DNA of 44,483 bases, taken from positions 1 to 44,483 of the forward strand of contig CAYTIY010000002.1 in assembly GCA_964438045.1 (NCBI GenBank), read 5' to 3'. Position 1 is the stretch's first letter. Each line of letters starts with the position of its first letter. Of this stretch, positions 1 through 9,384 are shown one piece after another. This DNA comes from an uncultured Bacteroidales bacterium (lineage in GTDB: Bacteria > Bacteroidota > Bacteroidia > Bacteroidales > UBA1402). The notes below the pieces were generated by a model, which was given only the letters and a program-made list of their open reading frames with translations, searched no databases and had not been told where the DNA came from. The translations under genes were made by a program, and so were the position numbers.

Positions 1-1
1 C

Positions 2-946
2 CTCGGTAATTATTACGGGGCTTTACGTAATTTTATCCGCATGCAACATGAGAACAACTGCTTCTTCTTCATAGCCGATTACCACTCTCTAACCACGCAT
101 CCAGACCCGAAAGACCTTCACAACAACGTGAAAGGTGTTTTGTGCGAATACCTGGCTGCCGGCATAGACCCTGAGGTAGCCACCATATACGTTCAAAGCG
201 ACGTGAAAGAGGTCATCGAGCTTTACTTGATGCTGAACATGCATGCCTATATGGGCGAGTTGGCCAAAACCACCTCGTTTAAGGAAAAAGCCAGGAAGCA
301 ACCCGAGAACATCAATGCAGGATTGCTCACCTATCCTACCCTGATGGCCGCCGACATACTCATACACAATGCCGACAAGGTACCGGTAGGGAAAGACCAG
401 GAACAACACCTGGAAATGACACGCAAATTTGCCCGCCGCTTCAATAACTTCTACGGTATCGAATTCTTCAAAGAACCGCAGGCATATAACTTTGGACAGG
501 ATCTGGTTAAGATTCCGGGATTGGATGGCAGCGGAAAGATGGGCAAATCCGAAGGTAACTGTGTATACCTTTGCGATGAGCCAAAAGTCATTGAGAAAAA
601 GGTAATGAAAGCCCTAACCGACAGCGGTCCAACGGAGCCAAACTCCACCAAACCGGACTACATTGAAAACCTCTTTACCATCCTCAAGGTGGTTTCAACC
701 GCCGATACCTACGACTATTTCGACGAAAAGTGGAACACCTGCCAGATGCGTTATGGCGACCTGAAGAAACAATTGGCTGCCGATATCATCACCGTGACTG
801 CGCCCATTCGCGAACGCTATCTGGAAATAAGCAACAACGAAGCCTACTTACACCGGGTAACCACAATGGGTGCTGAGAAGGCCCGTGATAGTGCCTTAAA
901 AACGATCACAGCGGTTCGGGAAATCATGGGTTTCAAACCATTCTAA
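2..946 (+). CDS. trpS: Tryptophan--tRNA ligase, 5' end cut by the window edge
   Basis: The frame is open from nt 2 (LGNYYGALRNFIRMQHE...), so the Met at 41 is internal. It has the class I aaRS KMSKS-type loop 'KMGKSEGN' and the 'YPTLMAADIL' and 'VPVGKDQEQHLE' blocks typical of TrpRS. Confidence 0.93.
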   Translation, partial: LGNYYGALRNFIRMQHENNCFFFIADYHSLTTHPDPKDLHNNVKGVLCEYLAAGIDPEVATIYVQSDVKEVIELYLMLNMHAYMGELAKTTSFKEKARKQPENINAGLLTYPTLMAADILIHNADKVPVGKDQEQHLEMTRKFARRFNNFYGIEFFKEPQAYNFGQDLVKIPGLDGSGKMGKSEGNCVYLCDEPKVIEKKVMKALTDSGPTEPNSTKPDYIENLFTILKVVSTADTYDYFDEKWNTCQMRYGDLKKQLAADIITVTAPIRERYLEISNNEAYLHRVTTMGAEKARDSALKTITAVREIMGFKPF

Positions 947-960
947 AACACCAATTCAAT

Positions 961-2133
961 ATGAGAAACACACGTCTTCTTTGGATAGCAGGGCTGATTA
1001 CACTGATACAACAGGGCCTATTCGCACAGCAGGATCACGTCAACATTGACTGGAGACCACAAAAGAACACGGAAAACCTGGTTCCCATGTCAGCCAATGT
1101 CATATCACCCGAGGTCCTCGACGACCGTACGGTCATTTTTCGCCTAAAGGGCCCCAACGTTTCCTCTGTCACTGTTTCGGGATCCATGTTTGTTGGTAAG
1201 GAAGCCGGTAAAAAAGTGCCTATGACCAAGGACGCCAGTGGCATCTGGTCTGTAAAAATTGGTCCATTAAAACCGAATGTATACCTGTATTGGATGCAAG
1301 TAGACGGAGTTAACATCTGCGACCCAAACAACACCTTTACCGGACAGGCCAACATGCCGGCATTCAGCATGTTGTGGGTTCACGGCGACGTCCCCAACTT
1401 TTACGATGCCAAAGTGGATGTTCCTCATGGTGATGTCAACAATGTATACTACTATTCAACCGTTACTAAAGGCATAAGGTACATGTTGGTCTATACGCCT
1501 CCGGGCTATAACCCGAAAAAGAAATACCCTGTGCTTTACCTGATGGGCGGCTCGGGAGACATACCCGAAACCTGGTTCCAACACGGTCAGATCAACTTTA
1601 TCATGGACAACCTGCTGGCAGAAAAGAAAGCTGAACCAATGATTATCGTCATGCCCAACAATCAGGTTGTCCACCGCATGAATCCCAAGCACACGGAACT
1701 GAGTTTCCCTACCTTGAACGAAGAGTTCAAACAGTGCCTGATTCCCTTCGTAGAGTCTAAATATAAAGTAATCAAAAGCCCACACGGACGAGCCATCTGC
1801 GGTCTTTCGATGGGTGGTCGACACGCCCAATACGTGGGTCTCAACAATTTGGATCTATTTGCCAACATCGGAATTCTGAGTGCTGCCATTTCATTAGAAA
1901 TGACTCCCTCAGTCAAGGACAAGGACATCAACAACAAACTTGATTACTTATTCCTTGGAGCCGGCACGCACGAAACCAACCCAAATGCTCGTCACGAGGT
2001 ACTGCATAAGGAACTCGAAGCGCTTAAAGTAAAACACGAATACTATGTAGGCGGAGATGGTGCCCACGACTTGACTACGTGGAGGCACCTGATGTACGAG
2101 CGCTTCCTGCCGAATTTGTGGAAAAATAAATAA
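961..2133 (+). CDS. Secreted esterase (esterase-D/CE1-like alpha/beta hydrolase) with an N-terminal Ig-like/CBM48-like domain
   Basis: Signal peptide MRNTRLLWIAGLITLIQQGLFAQQ. N-terminal beta-domain (VIFRLKGPNVSSVTVSGSM...WSVKIGPLKPNVYLYWMQVDG). Nucleophile elbow 'GLSMGG' followed by a C-terminal His region. Confidence 0.75.
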   Translation: MRNTRLLWIAGLITLIQQGLFAQQDHVNIDWRPQKNTENLVPMSANVISPEVLDDRTVIFRLKGPNVSSVTVSGSMFVGKEAGKKVPMTKDASGIWSVKIGPLKPNVYLYWMQVDGVNICDPNNTFTGQANMPAFSMLWVHGDVPNFYDAKVDVPHGDVNNVYYYSTVTKGIRYMLVYTPPGYNPKKKYPVLYLMGGSGDIPETWFQHGQINFIMDNLLAEKKAEPMIIVMPNNQVVHRMNPKHTELSFPTLNEEFKQCLIPFVESKYKVIKSPHGRAICGLSMGGRHAQYVGLNNLDLFANIGILSAAISLEMTPSVKDKDINNKLDYLFLGAGTHETNPNARHEVLHKELEALKVKHEYYVGGDGAHDLTTWRHLMYERFLPNLWKNK

Positions 2134-2135
2134 CC

Positions 2136-2471
2136 TTATTTGATTGCATCGCCGAATAGCTCGCGCAATGCTTCCAATTTAGTTTCAAGGCTCCTGTATT
2201 CGGATAAGGGTTTCACTTCATCCAACCTTCTGGGTTTGTCAATCGTTGGATCAAGAAAGTCAGGAGCATGTACCTTGAAGTATTCCGCAAGCTGGGCGAT
2301 TCGCGTTACCGTAAAATCTATCTTGCCATTCTCCAACTTGGAATAGGTGGTAGGTGAAAATTCCAGGTCATCGGCAACATTCTGCTGCGATATACCCGCT
2401 GTCTGACGTACCCGAAGCAATTTCAAGCCAATGGCGCGGTTTAGGTCGTAATTGATGACTTTTACGGACAT
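2136..2471 (-). CDS. XRE-family helix-turn-helix transcriptional regulator
   Basis: HTH_3-like segment 'IGLKLLRVRQTAGISQQNVADDLEFSPTTYSKLENGKIDFTVTRIAQLAEYF' in a small 111-aa protein. Confidence 0.85.
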   Translation of the reverse strand: MSVKVINYDLNRAIGLKLLRVRQTAGISQQNVADDLEFSPTTYSKLENGKIDFTVTRIAQLAEYFKVHAPDFLDPTIDKPRRLDEVKPLSEYRSLETKLEALRELFGDAIK

Positions 2472-2496
2472 GAATCCTTGTGTGTTGGTATCTGCT

Positions 2497-2504
2497 CAAA
2501 ATTA
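2497..2504 (-). promoter_or_regulatory. Candidate Bacteroidetes -7 box (TAATTTTG) for the XRE regulator
   Basis: The minus strand reads TAATTTTG, matching TAnnTTTG, 25 nt upstream of the ATG at 2471. No clean TTTG -33 element is visible. Confidence 0.4.
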
Positions 2505-2548
2505 TTGAAGCACAAACAGCATCACAATGCCCTCAACGCACAATATAT

Positions 2549-2588
2549 TTCGTTTAACGAATGTTTGCTTCCCTAAACGAATATTCCG
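2549..2588. promoter_or_regulatory. Candidate operator: AACGAA-based inverted repeat plus a second imperfect palindrome
   Basis: TTCGTT-T-AACGAA (2549-2561) is a perfect 6+1+6 inverted repeat. AACGAA recurs 20 bp later (2576-2581) inside the imperfect palindrome CGAATATTCCG. Both lie upstream of the XRE gene. Confidence 0.25.
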
Positions 2589-2631
2589 AAAGCTTATATC
2601 ACATAAAATGCGGTTAAGTATAAAAACCGTA

Positions 2632-3420
2632 TCAGAAGGCAAGTCTTCTTATGTGAGACAGCTGATGGGTGTATTGGCCCATTCCGCTGTTATAGATACC
2701 TGTTTTATCCAACGAATCAATGCGAACAGAACCCGAGGCATGTATGATGGAAGCATCCGCCATGACCAACCCCACGTGGATGATGCGTCCTGAAGAATCG
2801 GAAAAGAAGGCCATGTCACCAGGAAGGGTCTCTTCCAAAGAAGATACAGTTTGACCAAACACTGCCTGTTGAGCAGCGTCTCTTGGAAGATTATGCCCCT
2901 TCAGTTTCATGACCACTTGAACCAAGCCGGAACAATCAATGCCAAAAATGGTTTTTCCACCCCACAGATAAGGCGCATGCAAAAAGCGTTGTGCAATCAC
3001 GGCCGGGTTTATGTTTTTTACGTCGGGTGGTGTGTACGTCCGCCCTCCGTTAACCAAAACATCGTCTGGAAACAAACGGCTGGATGCTGGCAACAGGTAG
3101 TTTCCTCTAAAAGAGTGACAGTATGAAATGACTTCTGTTACAAATCGTGGTTTAATTTTTGACACAGCATGCCATTCCTCCTTGGCACACTCCGTTATCA
3201 TCTTTTTTGAACACCAACCCTGGTATCCGTCATCAGATAGTTGCACCCTAAACCAGTCAGAATGCTCTTCCAATAAAACCATACTTTCCCCGTACAGGGC
3301 TTGAGTCACCATTTCCGAACGCTCAGATGGTTCTAAGCGAAGTGGAATGACTGATAGTTCGCTAATACCCCTTCCTATCAGTTGCAGTCCATTTGATTCA
3401 TTTTCATTTCGTGCTTCCAT
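2632..3420 (-). CDS. NlpC/P60 (C40) cysteine peptidase with N-terminal SH3b-like domains, YkfC/dipeptidyl-peptidase VI-like
   Basis: Catalytic Cys motif 'PYLWGGKTIFGIDCSGLVQ' and downstream 'IIHVGLV...IIHAS' His region. The N-terminal SH3b-like part includes 'VIPLRLEPSERSEMVTQALYGE'. No signal peptide is evident. Confidence 0.85.
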   Translation of the reverse strand: MEARNENESNGLQLIGRGISELSVIPLRLEPSERSEMVTQALYGESMVLLEEHSDWFRVQLSDDGYQGWCSKKMITECAKEEWHAVSKIKPRFVTEVISYCHSFRGNYLLPASSRLFPDDVLVNGGRTYTPPDVKNINPAVIAQRFLHAPYLWGGKTIFGIDCSGLVQVVMKLKGHNLPRDAAQQAVFGQTVSSLEETLPGDMAFFSDSSGRIIHVGLVMADASIIHASGSVRIDSLDKTGIYNSGMGQYTHQLSHIRRLAF

Positions 3421-3429
3421 GACATAACA

Positions 3430-5337
3430 TTAAAATCGTTTGAGCAAGTCTTCAACAGTCAGCTCCACCATGATTATCTTTCCATCCGGCGTCATCCTGG
3501 GATTCTGTGTTTCCAATAAGCGTATAACTAGATCTTCCATTTCTTCAGCTGTCAACATACGCCCGCATTGTATGGCCGACAAACGGGCCATTTTCAACGC
3601 CAGTCGCTCATAACGTCCGTTCAACATCTGAAGTTCGTTTTCCCGGTCTGCATAAATCAATTCCATAACCCATTCCACCGGTTTGATGCTTTCTCCACTC
3701 ATAGGAACAGCAGTTACATGGATATCGTCCTGAACCGTTTCAAATTGAAAACCCAACGTAATCAACGCTTCTTTACTGTTCTCAAAATCCATCATCTGAT
3801 CCTTATCAAAATCCAATGGGACGGGAAACATCAAGAGTTGGGATGGAGCCTTGTGTTGCGAAAGCTGACTTAGGTAGCGTTCAAAAAGCACCCTGATATG
3901 AGCCCGTTGCTGATGGATCAATATCAAGTTTCTTCTGCAGTTCAAAGCAATGAATGATCCAAGAACCTGGAACTTTGGTGCATCAAGATCTAAAAGGCAG
4001 GTATCTTGAGTACTATCTCCGCCGATAGCAGCCTTGTCAAATGTGGCCTCATCACCAAAAGAAGAAGAAAACAGGGTTGAAGAAAGCTTCATACTGGAAA
4101 TGTCACTGTGGTGCAACAAGGAGTCTTCGTCAGAGACACGTGATGATTCATTTCCCGACTCGTTGTGGAATCCGTCGTAAAGGCTGTTCCAATCCGGATT
4201 AGTCCTTGGTTGAGTTGAGTTGAATGGATTATAGGAAGGATTGTAATTGATCCTGGGAGGCACAATCGAACGATCGCTTGTGAAAACGTCGATTTGAGGC
4301 GCATCATCTCTGTCGAAATCGATGGACGGGATGGCATTGAATTTACCCAAAGCCTCTCGTACCGTTGCGTGTATGATGGGCCAGATGGCCTGTTCATGTT
4401 CAAATTTGACTTCCGTCTTTGTGGGATGGATATTTACATCCAGGGCTTGAGGAGGCACTTCCATAAAAAGGAAGTAAAGTGGTTGCATGCCCGACGGAAT
4501 CAGCGTCTCATACGCCTTAAGCACGGCATTGCGAAAATATTTGTGTCGTATGTATCTACCGTTGACGAAAAAAAATTGAAGTGGGTCCCGCTGGCATGCG
4601 GCAGATGGATCTCCCACAAAACCGGTTATAGTAATAAGTTGAGTTGTTACCTCCACCGGATACAGTTGCTTGTTCAACTGCCCACCAGAACGTTTGCCAA
4701 AAAGTGTCAACAAGCGTTGTTTTGTACTTCCTGGCGTTAGCTGGTATAGCACTTCATCGTTGTGAACAAGGCTGAATGAAAGTGAGGGATAAACCAACGC
4801 AATCTGAATGAATTCATCTCTAATACCTTTCAACTCTTTTGCGTTGTCACCAAGAAACTTGCGCCTGGCCGGAATGTTGTAAAACAAATTCCTAACGGTA
4901 AACCGAGATCCTTGAGCAGAAAGAGTGGGTTCCTCATTCGTAATCACGGATCCATCCACCTCAATTTTCCAGGCCAGTTCATCGGAAGGACGGCGCGTAA
5001 CCAACTCAACTTGAGATACGGCAGCTATCGAAGCCAATGCTTCTCCCCTAAATCCCATAGTCTTCAGGTTAAACAAATCATCGGCTTGTTTAAGCTTTGA
5101 TGTAGCATGCCTCAAAAAAGCAGCACGCGCATCGGATGGACTCATTCCTTTCCCATTGTCGATTACCTGAATCAGTGTTCGGCCTGCTTCCTTTAGCTGG
5201 ATGTCAATCTGTGTTGCACCAGCGTCGATAGCGTTTTCCATCAACTCCTTAACGACCGAAGCCGGACGTTGAACCACTTCGCCGGCCGCAATCTGATTGG
5301 CCACGGCATCGGGCAATATCCGAATGATGTCTTCCAT
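3430..5337 (-). CDS. mutL: DNA mismatch repair protein MutL
   Basis: GHKL ATPase N-terminus 'IRILPDAVANQIAAGEVVQRPASVVKELMENAIDAG' and 'GFRGEALASI'. Start trimmed to the ATG at 5337 (MEDIIRILPD), which removes the overlap with the upstream gene. Confidence 0.95.
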   Translation of the reverse strand: MEDIIRILPDAVANQIAAGEVVQRPASVVKELMENAIDAGATQIDIQLKEAGRTLIQVIDNGKGMSPSDARAAFLRHATSKLKQADDLFNLKTMGFRGEALASIAAVSQVELVTRRPSDELAWKIEVDGSVITNEEPTLSAQGSRFTVRNLFYNIPARRKFLGDNAKELKGIRDEFIQIALVYPSLSFSLVHNDEVLYQLTPGSTKQRLLTLFGKRSGGQLNKQLYPVEVTTQLITITGFVGDPSAACQRDPLQFFFVNGRYIRHKYFRNAVLKAYETLIPSGMQPLYFLFMEVPPQALDVNIHPTKTEVKFEHEQAIWPIIHATVREALGKFNAIPSIDFDRDDAPQIDVFTSDRSIVPPRINYNPSYNPFNSTQPRTNPDWNSLYDGFHNESGNESSRVSDEDSLLHHSDISSMKLSSTLFSSSFGDEATFDKAAIGGDSTQDTCLLDLDAPKFQVLGSFIALNCRRNLILIHQQRAHIRVLFERYLSQLSQHKAPSQLLMFPVPLDFDKDQMMDFENSKEALITLGFQFETVQDDIHVTAVPMSGESIKPVEWVMELIYADRENELQMLNGRYERLALKMARLSAIQCGRMLTAEEMEDLVIRLLETQNPRMTPDGKIIMVELTVEDLLKRF

Positions 5338-5341
5338 GGAT

Positions 5342-7114
5342 CTACCTGTTCTCTGATTCGTCAATTTTTACATCCCTGAAAACATCGGCCGGATTGACGG
5401 GCCTTAGGCTCTCGTACCATTTGAACTGATCCAGGTACTTTTTATCCGCAGGCAATTTATCCAGAGGGTAAAACGTGCCTTTGGGCTTTGGCCAAACAAC
5501 CAACTTTTGCAGTTCTCCGTTTTCTCTGTACATGGTAAGTGAGCTTCCTTCCAACCGATTCAAACCCATTATTGTGCCATCTTCTTCAGTTGGAATGTAT
5601 ACAGTTTCAGCGTTTCCAATGATGTCTACTTTAATCACATCTTTTCCGGTTGAATCAAAAAGCGCCACCAGATCCCTACCTGCCGACTGGTTGTACAAGG
5701 AATCACTTCCATAGGCGATGACCAATGCCGATCTGATCACCTTCAATTTTTGCGGAATACTGTTCTTTGTATATAATTCCATGGTCTGCCCACTAAGTTG
5801 CTGTTGCTCAGACCACAAAACAGGCCGTTCGTACAACCGCAACACAGAATCCCTGGTTGAATAGAACATGGAGTCACACAAACCCTGCAAATCAGTACGG
5901 AAAAACCGAACACCATAATACGCTCTTACTTCACGATAAATGGAATCCGCACACGTCATCAGGGTGTCTGCGTGTAAATATAAGGTGTCTTTCGATGAGT
6001 GTTCAATGAGCAGTGCATTTCCCGACATCAATGCATACTGTTTTTTTTCGTCGCTGAATCCATAGTCTGATCGTATAGTGACCTGATTGAGGGTGTCGAT
6101 TAGAACTACCCGTCCATTTCCAATACCGACTCCCGTACGGCTGTTGTAATCCAACGTGTCGGCAACCAAATGACGGTTTTTAGTATTCACATACGATCGG
6201 TTCAACAAATGGCTTTGCTCTGTCCGCGTGTTATACCAGCCTTTGGACGTATGTATCTCACCACTGTCGGAAACAATTTTCGTGGGCGACTCAATGCTAG
6301 CAATTTCAGTTCCGGTATTGTAAAATAGTTGCTGGTTGGTCATTACGAACTTCGGGTTGACCAGTTTCACGTCGTTTTTAAACCAGGCTTCCTTTGTTTT
6401 TGGACTGTATTGTCCGTATTCAGACGACAATTCATTCGACGTACCGTCCTTATTGGCATCTACCAACAAACCGCCATCGAAGAAATAACCCATGTTGGCC
6501 ACCCTGTCATAATTCAAACTGTCGGTAAACAGGGTTACATCCCTGTTTTCCAATCGAACCATTTCCCTGGCCTTGGCCAACTTCGCATTTCCATCGTAAA
6601 ACATGGTGGCTGCGTACAGGAACAACGTATCCCCTTGTTCCATGTGGACATTACCCAACGCCAACAGTGAGTTTGTGGCCTGATAGAAAAAGGCTGAATC
6701 GCAGTACAACCGTGCTCCTTCGTGACGAAAAACCACGTCACCGGAAACCAACTGATAATCGGGACCCATTGCCTTGTCAAAAGACAAGCTAGCAGCATGT
6801 TCCAGATAGACCGGATCCCTACTGGTCCTTGTATTGGCCAATCGCATTTTTTTGGGATCCGCCACCGGCACCTCCTGTTTACTGACCCTTTTCGACCTTT
6901 TGGGTGATGTTGACCTGGTGCTGGAAGACCCATCAATCACTGTCTTATCCGAAGAAGACTTTCCGACTTTTGTGCCGTACGTTTGCTTTGGTTGTGTCTT
7001 GATATCAAATGGATTCTTTCGAGCAGGTGTTGTTGACTGAGCCAGCACCCCAATAGGAAACAGGCATAAAAAAACCATAACGAACCATTTGCTTACGAAG
7101 CTCATCTGATCCAT
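5342..7114 (-). CDS. Periplasmic OstA-like (LptA/LptD N-terminal beta-jellyroll-like) repeat protein
   Basis: Signal peptide, a low-complexity Ser/Lys linker, then repeated segments of the type 'ADSAFFYQATNSLLALGNVHMEQGDTLFL...' that resemble OstA/LptA folds. It sits directly upstream of surA-like genes. The family assignment is by pattern only. Confidence 0.45.
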   Translation of the reverse strand: MDQMSFVSKWFVMVFLCLFPIGVLAQSTTPARKNPFDIKTQPKQTYGTKVGKSSSDKTVIDGSSSTRSTSPKRSKRVSKQEVPVADPKKMRLANTRTSRDPVYLEHAASLSFDKAMGPDYQLVSGDVVFRHEGARLYCDSAFFYQATNSLLALGNVHMEQGDTLFLYAATMFYDGNAKLAKAREMVRLENRDVTLFTDSLNYDRVANMGYFFDGGLLVDANKDGTSNELSSEYGQYSPKTKEAWFKNDVKLVNPKFVMTNQQLFYNTGTEIASIESPTKIVSDSGEIHTSKGWYNTRTEQSHLLNRSYVNTKNRHLVADTLDYNSRTGVGIGNGRVVLIDTLNQVTIRSDYGFSDEKKQYALMSGNALLIEHSSKDTLYLHADTLMTCADSIYREVRAYYGVRFFRTDLQGLCDSMFYSTRDSVLRLYERPVLWSEQQQLSGQTMELYTKNSIPQKLKVIRSALVIAYGSDSLYNQSAGRDLVALFDSTGKDVIKVDIIGNAETVYIPTEEDGTIMGLNRLEGSSLTMYRENGELQKLVVWPKPKGTFYPLDKLPADKKYLDQFKWYESLRPVNPADVFRDVKIDESENR

Positions 7115-8466
7115 CCGGGGTATTTGAATTCACATTTCCGCCAATTGTCACTGACTCTGATATATGTCTTTGACTGCTTTTCCTTGATCCAATCGTCTAT
7201 GATCTTGTTCCTTTTATTATCCAGCACCAATTGCTTGAGTATCTGAAAATCATCCGTCAACGAGGCTTTGTGTGATTTGGTCTTTGACTTCAGTCGAATA
7301 ATGGCGCATACTTCTTTATCCCTGTTTTCTTCCATCCGTAGGGTAAACGGACGGGAAATCTCACCCACATTCATGTTATAGACAATGCTGTTCATGTCCT
7401 GTGGCAGTTCTTCAATCTTGAAGCGCGAGGCTCTTGTCGCACCATTGACCATCAACCCACCATTGTTTCTGGTATCCTTGTCGGCTGAAAAGAATCGCGC
7501 CGCTTCACTGAAACTGATTCGTTGATTCCTTACTTGTTCAGCAATGCTGTCGAGGTGTTGCAATGCTTTGTTGCGTTCCTGCGCATTGATTTTGGGTTTG
7601 AGCAAGATGTGCCTGCAGTTGATCCGATCACCCATCTTTTCTATTAATTGGATGATGTGAAATCCGTACTCGGATTCCACAATCTTGGAAACTTTCTTCG
7701 GATCCGTCAGCGAAAAGGCCACGTTCGCAAATTCGGGGTCCAGCATGGCTTTTCCCATAAATCCCAATTCGCCCCCCACTCGGGCGGAATTTCTGTCCTC
7801 CGAATACATGATGGCCAATGTGGCAAAACTCTCACCCTTGTTCACGCGCTCTGTCAGTTCTCTCAGTCTTTCCTTAATGGCATCAATGTCTGGTTGGGCG
7901 TATTGTGGCTCAACCGTTATAATTTCCACCTCGACTTCACCTGGAATGGTAGGCAGACTGTCTTGCGGTATTTTTTTGTAATACTCGCGGATTTCTGCAG
8001 GTGTTACGGTCACATCTCCCACCAACTTGGTCTGTACCTGAGTCATGAGCGATTGAATCCTGTAATTATCCCTATACCACTCCCTTAGGCGTGGTAACGA
8101 CATTTTTGCAGCTTCCTCCAACTTTTCTTTGGATCCCAGATAGGTGATGCTTTTATTGATTTGCTTGTCAACCATAGACAGGATATCGCTTTCATTGACA
8201 GTTATACTATCCAGGTCTGCCTGATGTACGTATAACTTCTGTATTGCCAATTGCTCGGGTATGATGCAATACGGATCTCCGTCAAATTTGGAGCCTTCCA
8301 GTTGGGACTGCAACCGTTGGGTTTCAACTTCAGATCTAAGTATGGGCTCATCACCCACTACCCACACGATTTCGTCGATTACGTTGTCCTGAGCGTTTGT
8401 AAATGCCGTACACAGAAACAGTGCCACGACAAAAGGTACAGAAAGGTTTTTCACATTCAATTCCAT
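7102..8466 (-). CDS. surA: Periplasmic chaperone / parvulin-type peptidyl-prolyl isomerase SurA
   Basis: Signal peptide and a SurA_N-like region. Parvulin block 'FATLAIMYSEDRNSARVGGELGFM...FANVAFSL...SEYGFHIIQLIEK'. Confidence 0.85.
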   Translation of the reverse strand: MELNVKNLSVPFVVALFLCTAFTNAQDNVIDEIVWVVGDEPILRSEVETQRLQSQLEGSKFDGDPYCIIPEQLAIQKLYVHQADLDSITVNESDILSMVDKQINKSITYLGSKEKLEEAAKMSLPRLREWYRDNYRIQSLMTQVQTKLVGDVTVTPAEIREYYKKIPQDSLPTIPGEVEVEIITVEPQYAQPDIDAIKERLRELTERVNKGESFATLAIMYSEDRNSARVGGELGFMGKAMLDPEFANVAFSLTDPKKVSKIVESEYGFHIIQLIEKMGDRINCRHILLKPKINAQERNKALQHLDSIAEQVRNQRISFSEAARFFSADKDTRNNGGLMVNGATRASRFKIEELPQDMNSIVYNMNVGEISRPFTLRMEENRDKEVCAIIRLKSKTKSHKASLTDDFQILKQLVLDNKRNKIIDDWIKEKQSKTYIRVSDNWRKCEFKYPGWIR

Positions 8467-9315
8467 TTAGTTGTTTAGGGTCAGTCGCCCTTCCTTGACG
8501 GCTTGTTTTCTCAAGTCCTGTTCCAATTGCTTTAAAAAGGCAGCCTTTCCGGCGTTCAACATGACATTCACCACTACCGGTCTGATGTACTCAAAAGGAG
8601 CTATCTCACCTTTTGAGATTCCTTCTGATACATACAACAGGTAACAGGAGCCTTCTTCTACGGCTTCAAACGTACGGTTCTTCTGAACAAGCCCCGATCC
8701 CTTTTCGGAAAACGTGGTAACTGGTCCGACCACCTCGCTGAGGGGATTCCATTGATCCATAAAATAATTGAAAACACTGGCATATTGCACGCAGTATGAC
8801 TCAATGCGGGGCAAGTTCTTTTCATCGGGATCGGATACCCACTTTTTCAGTTTGTCCAAATCGGGAGCATTCGCCGGCACTTTGATGAAAAGCCCTTTGA
8901 TCAAGTGATTGTCAGTGGTGAAACGGCTCTTGTGTTCGTCGTAGTATTGTTTCACTGCTTCTTCATCCACCTCGGACTTGAACCGTTCGTTCAACACACG
9001 TTGCTGATATTCATAAATCATGAGAGAACGTCTGTAGTTCTCCACCATTTTGTCAATTTCATCCGTTTGCGACAGGTTCTCGACAGCCTTGCGGTAAATT
9101 AACAAATCGTTGATGCGGTTATTCAGGAACTCTTTTACATAACTGGCGCTGTCCCGTGGACTCAACCCCTTTGGCATGCCCCGTATTGCGTCTTCCAAAT
9201 AGATGGATTCTCCTGCAACCTCGGCCAGCACCTGTTTTTCCGCTTTTTTATCGGGTGACAGGCACGTCTTCAACAGTAAGGGAACCATACATACCAACCA
9301 AAAAACAAGCTTCAT
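8467..9315 (-). CDS. SurA-N-like periplasmic chaperone-domain protein with no recognisable parvulin domain
   Basis: N-terminal membrane/signal segment in a 282-aa helical protein. It is sandwiched between two parvulin PPIase genes, and its stop abuts the surA start (TAAATG). Function is inferred from context. Confidence 0.45.
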   Translation of the reverse strand: MKLVFWLVCMVPLLLKTCLSPDKKAEKQVLAEVAGESIYLEDAIRGMPKGLSPRDSASYVKEFLNNRINDLLIYRKAVENLSQTDEIDKMVENYRRSLMIYEYQQRVLNERFKSEVDEEAVKQYYDEHKSRFTTDNHLIKGLFIKVPANAPDLDKLKKWVSDPDEKNLPRIESYCVQYASVFNYFMDQWNPLSEVVGPVTTFSEKGSGLVQKNRTFEAVEEGSCYLLYVSEGISKGEIAPFEYIRPVVVNVMLNAGKAAFLKQLEQDLRKQAVKEGRLTLNN

Positions 9316-9384
9316 AACGGGATTTCCGGTTACATTCGTTTATTGGCCGTAAAGATACGTAAAAAAGCAGCAATGCCGAATCAC

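Noticed and set aside
2606-2631. A small hairpin (GCGGTT...AACCGT) after the NlpC/P60 stop as a terminator.
   Set aside because: The stem is only 5-6 bp, AT-rich, with a 9-nt loop and a short interrupted T-run. That is too weak to call as a feature.
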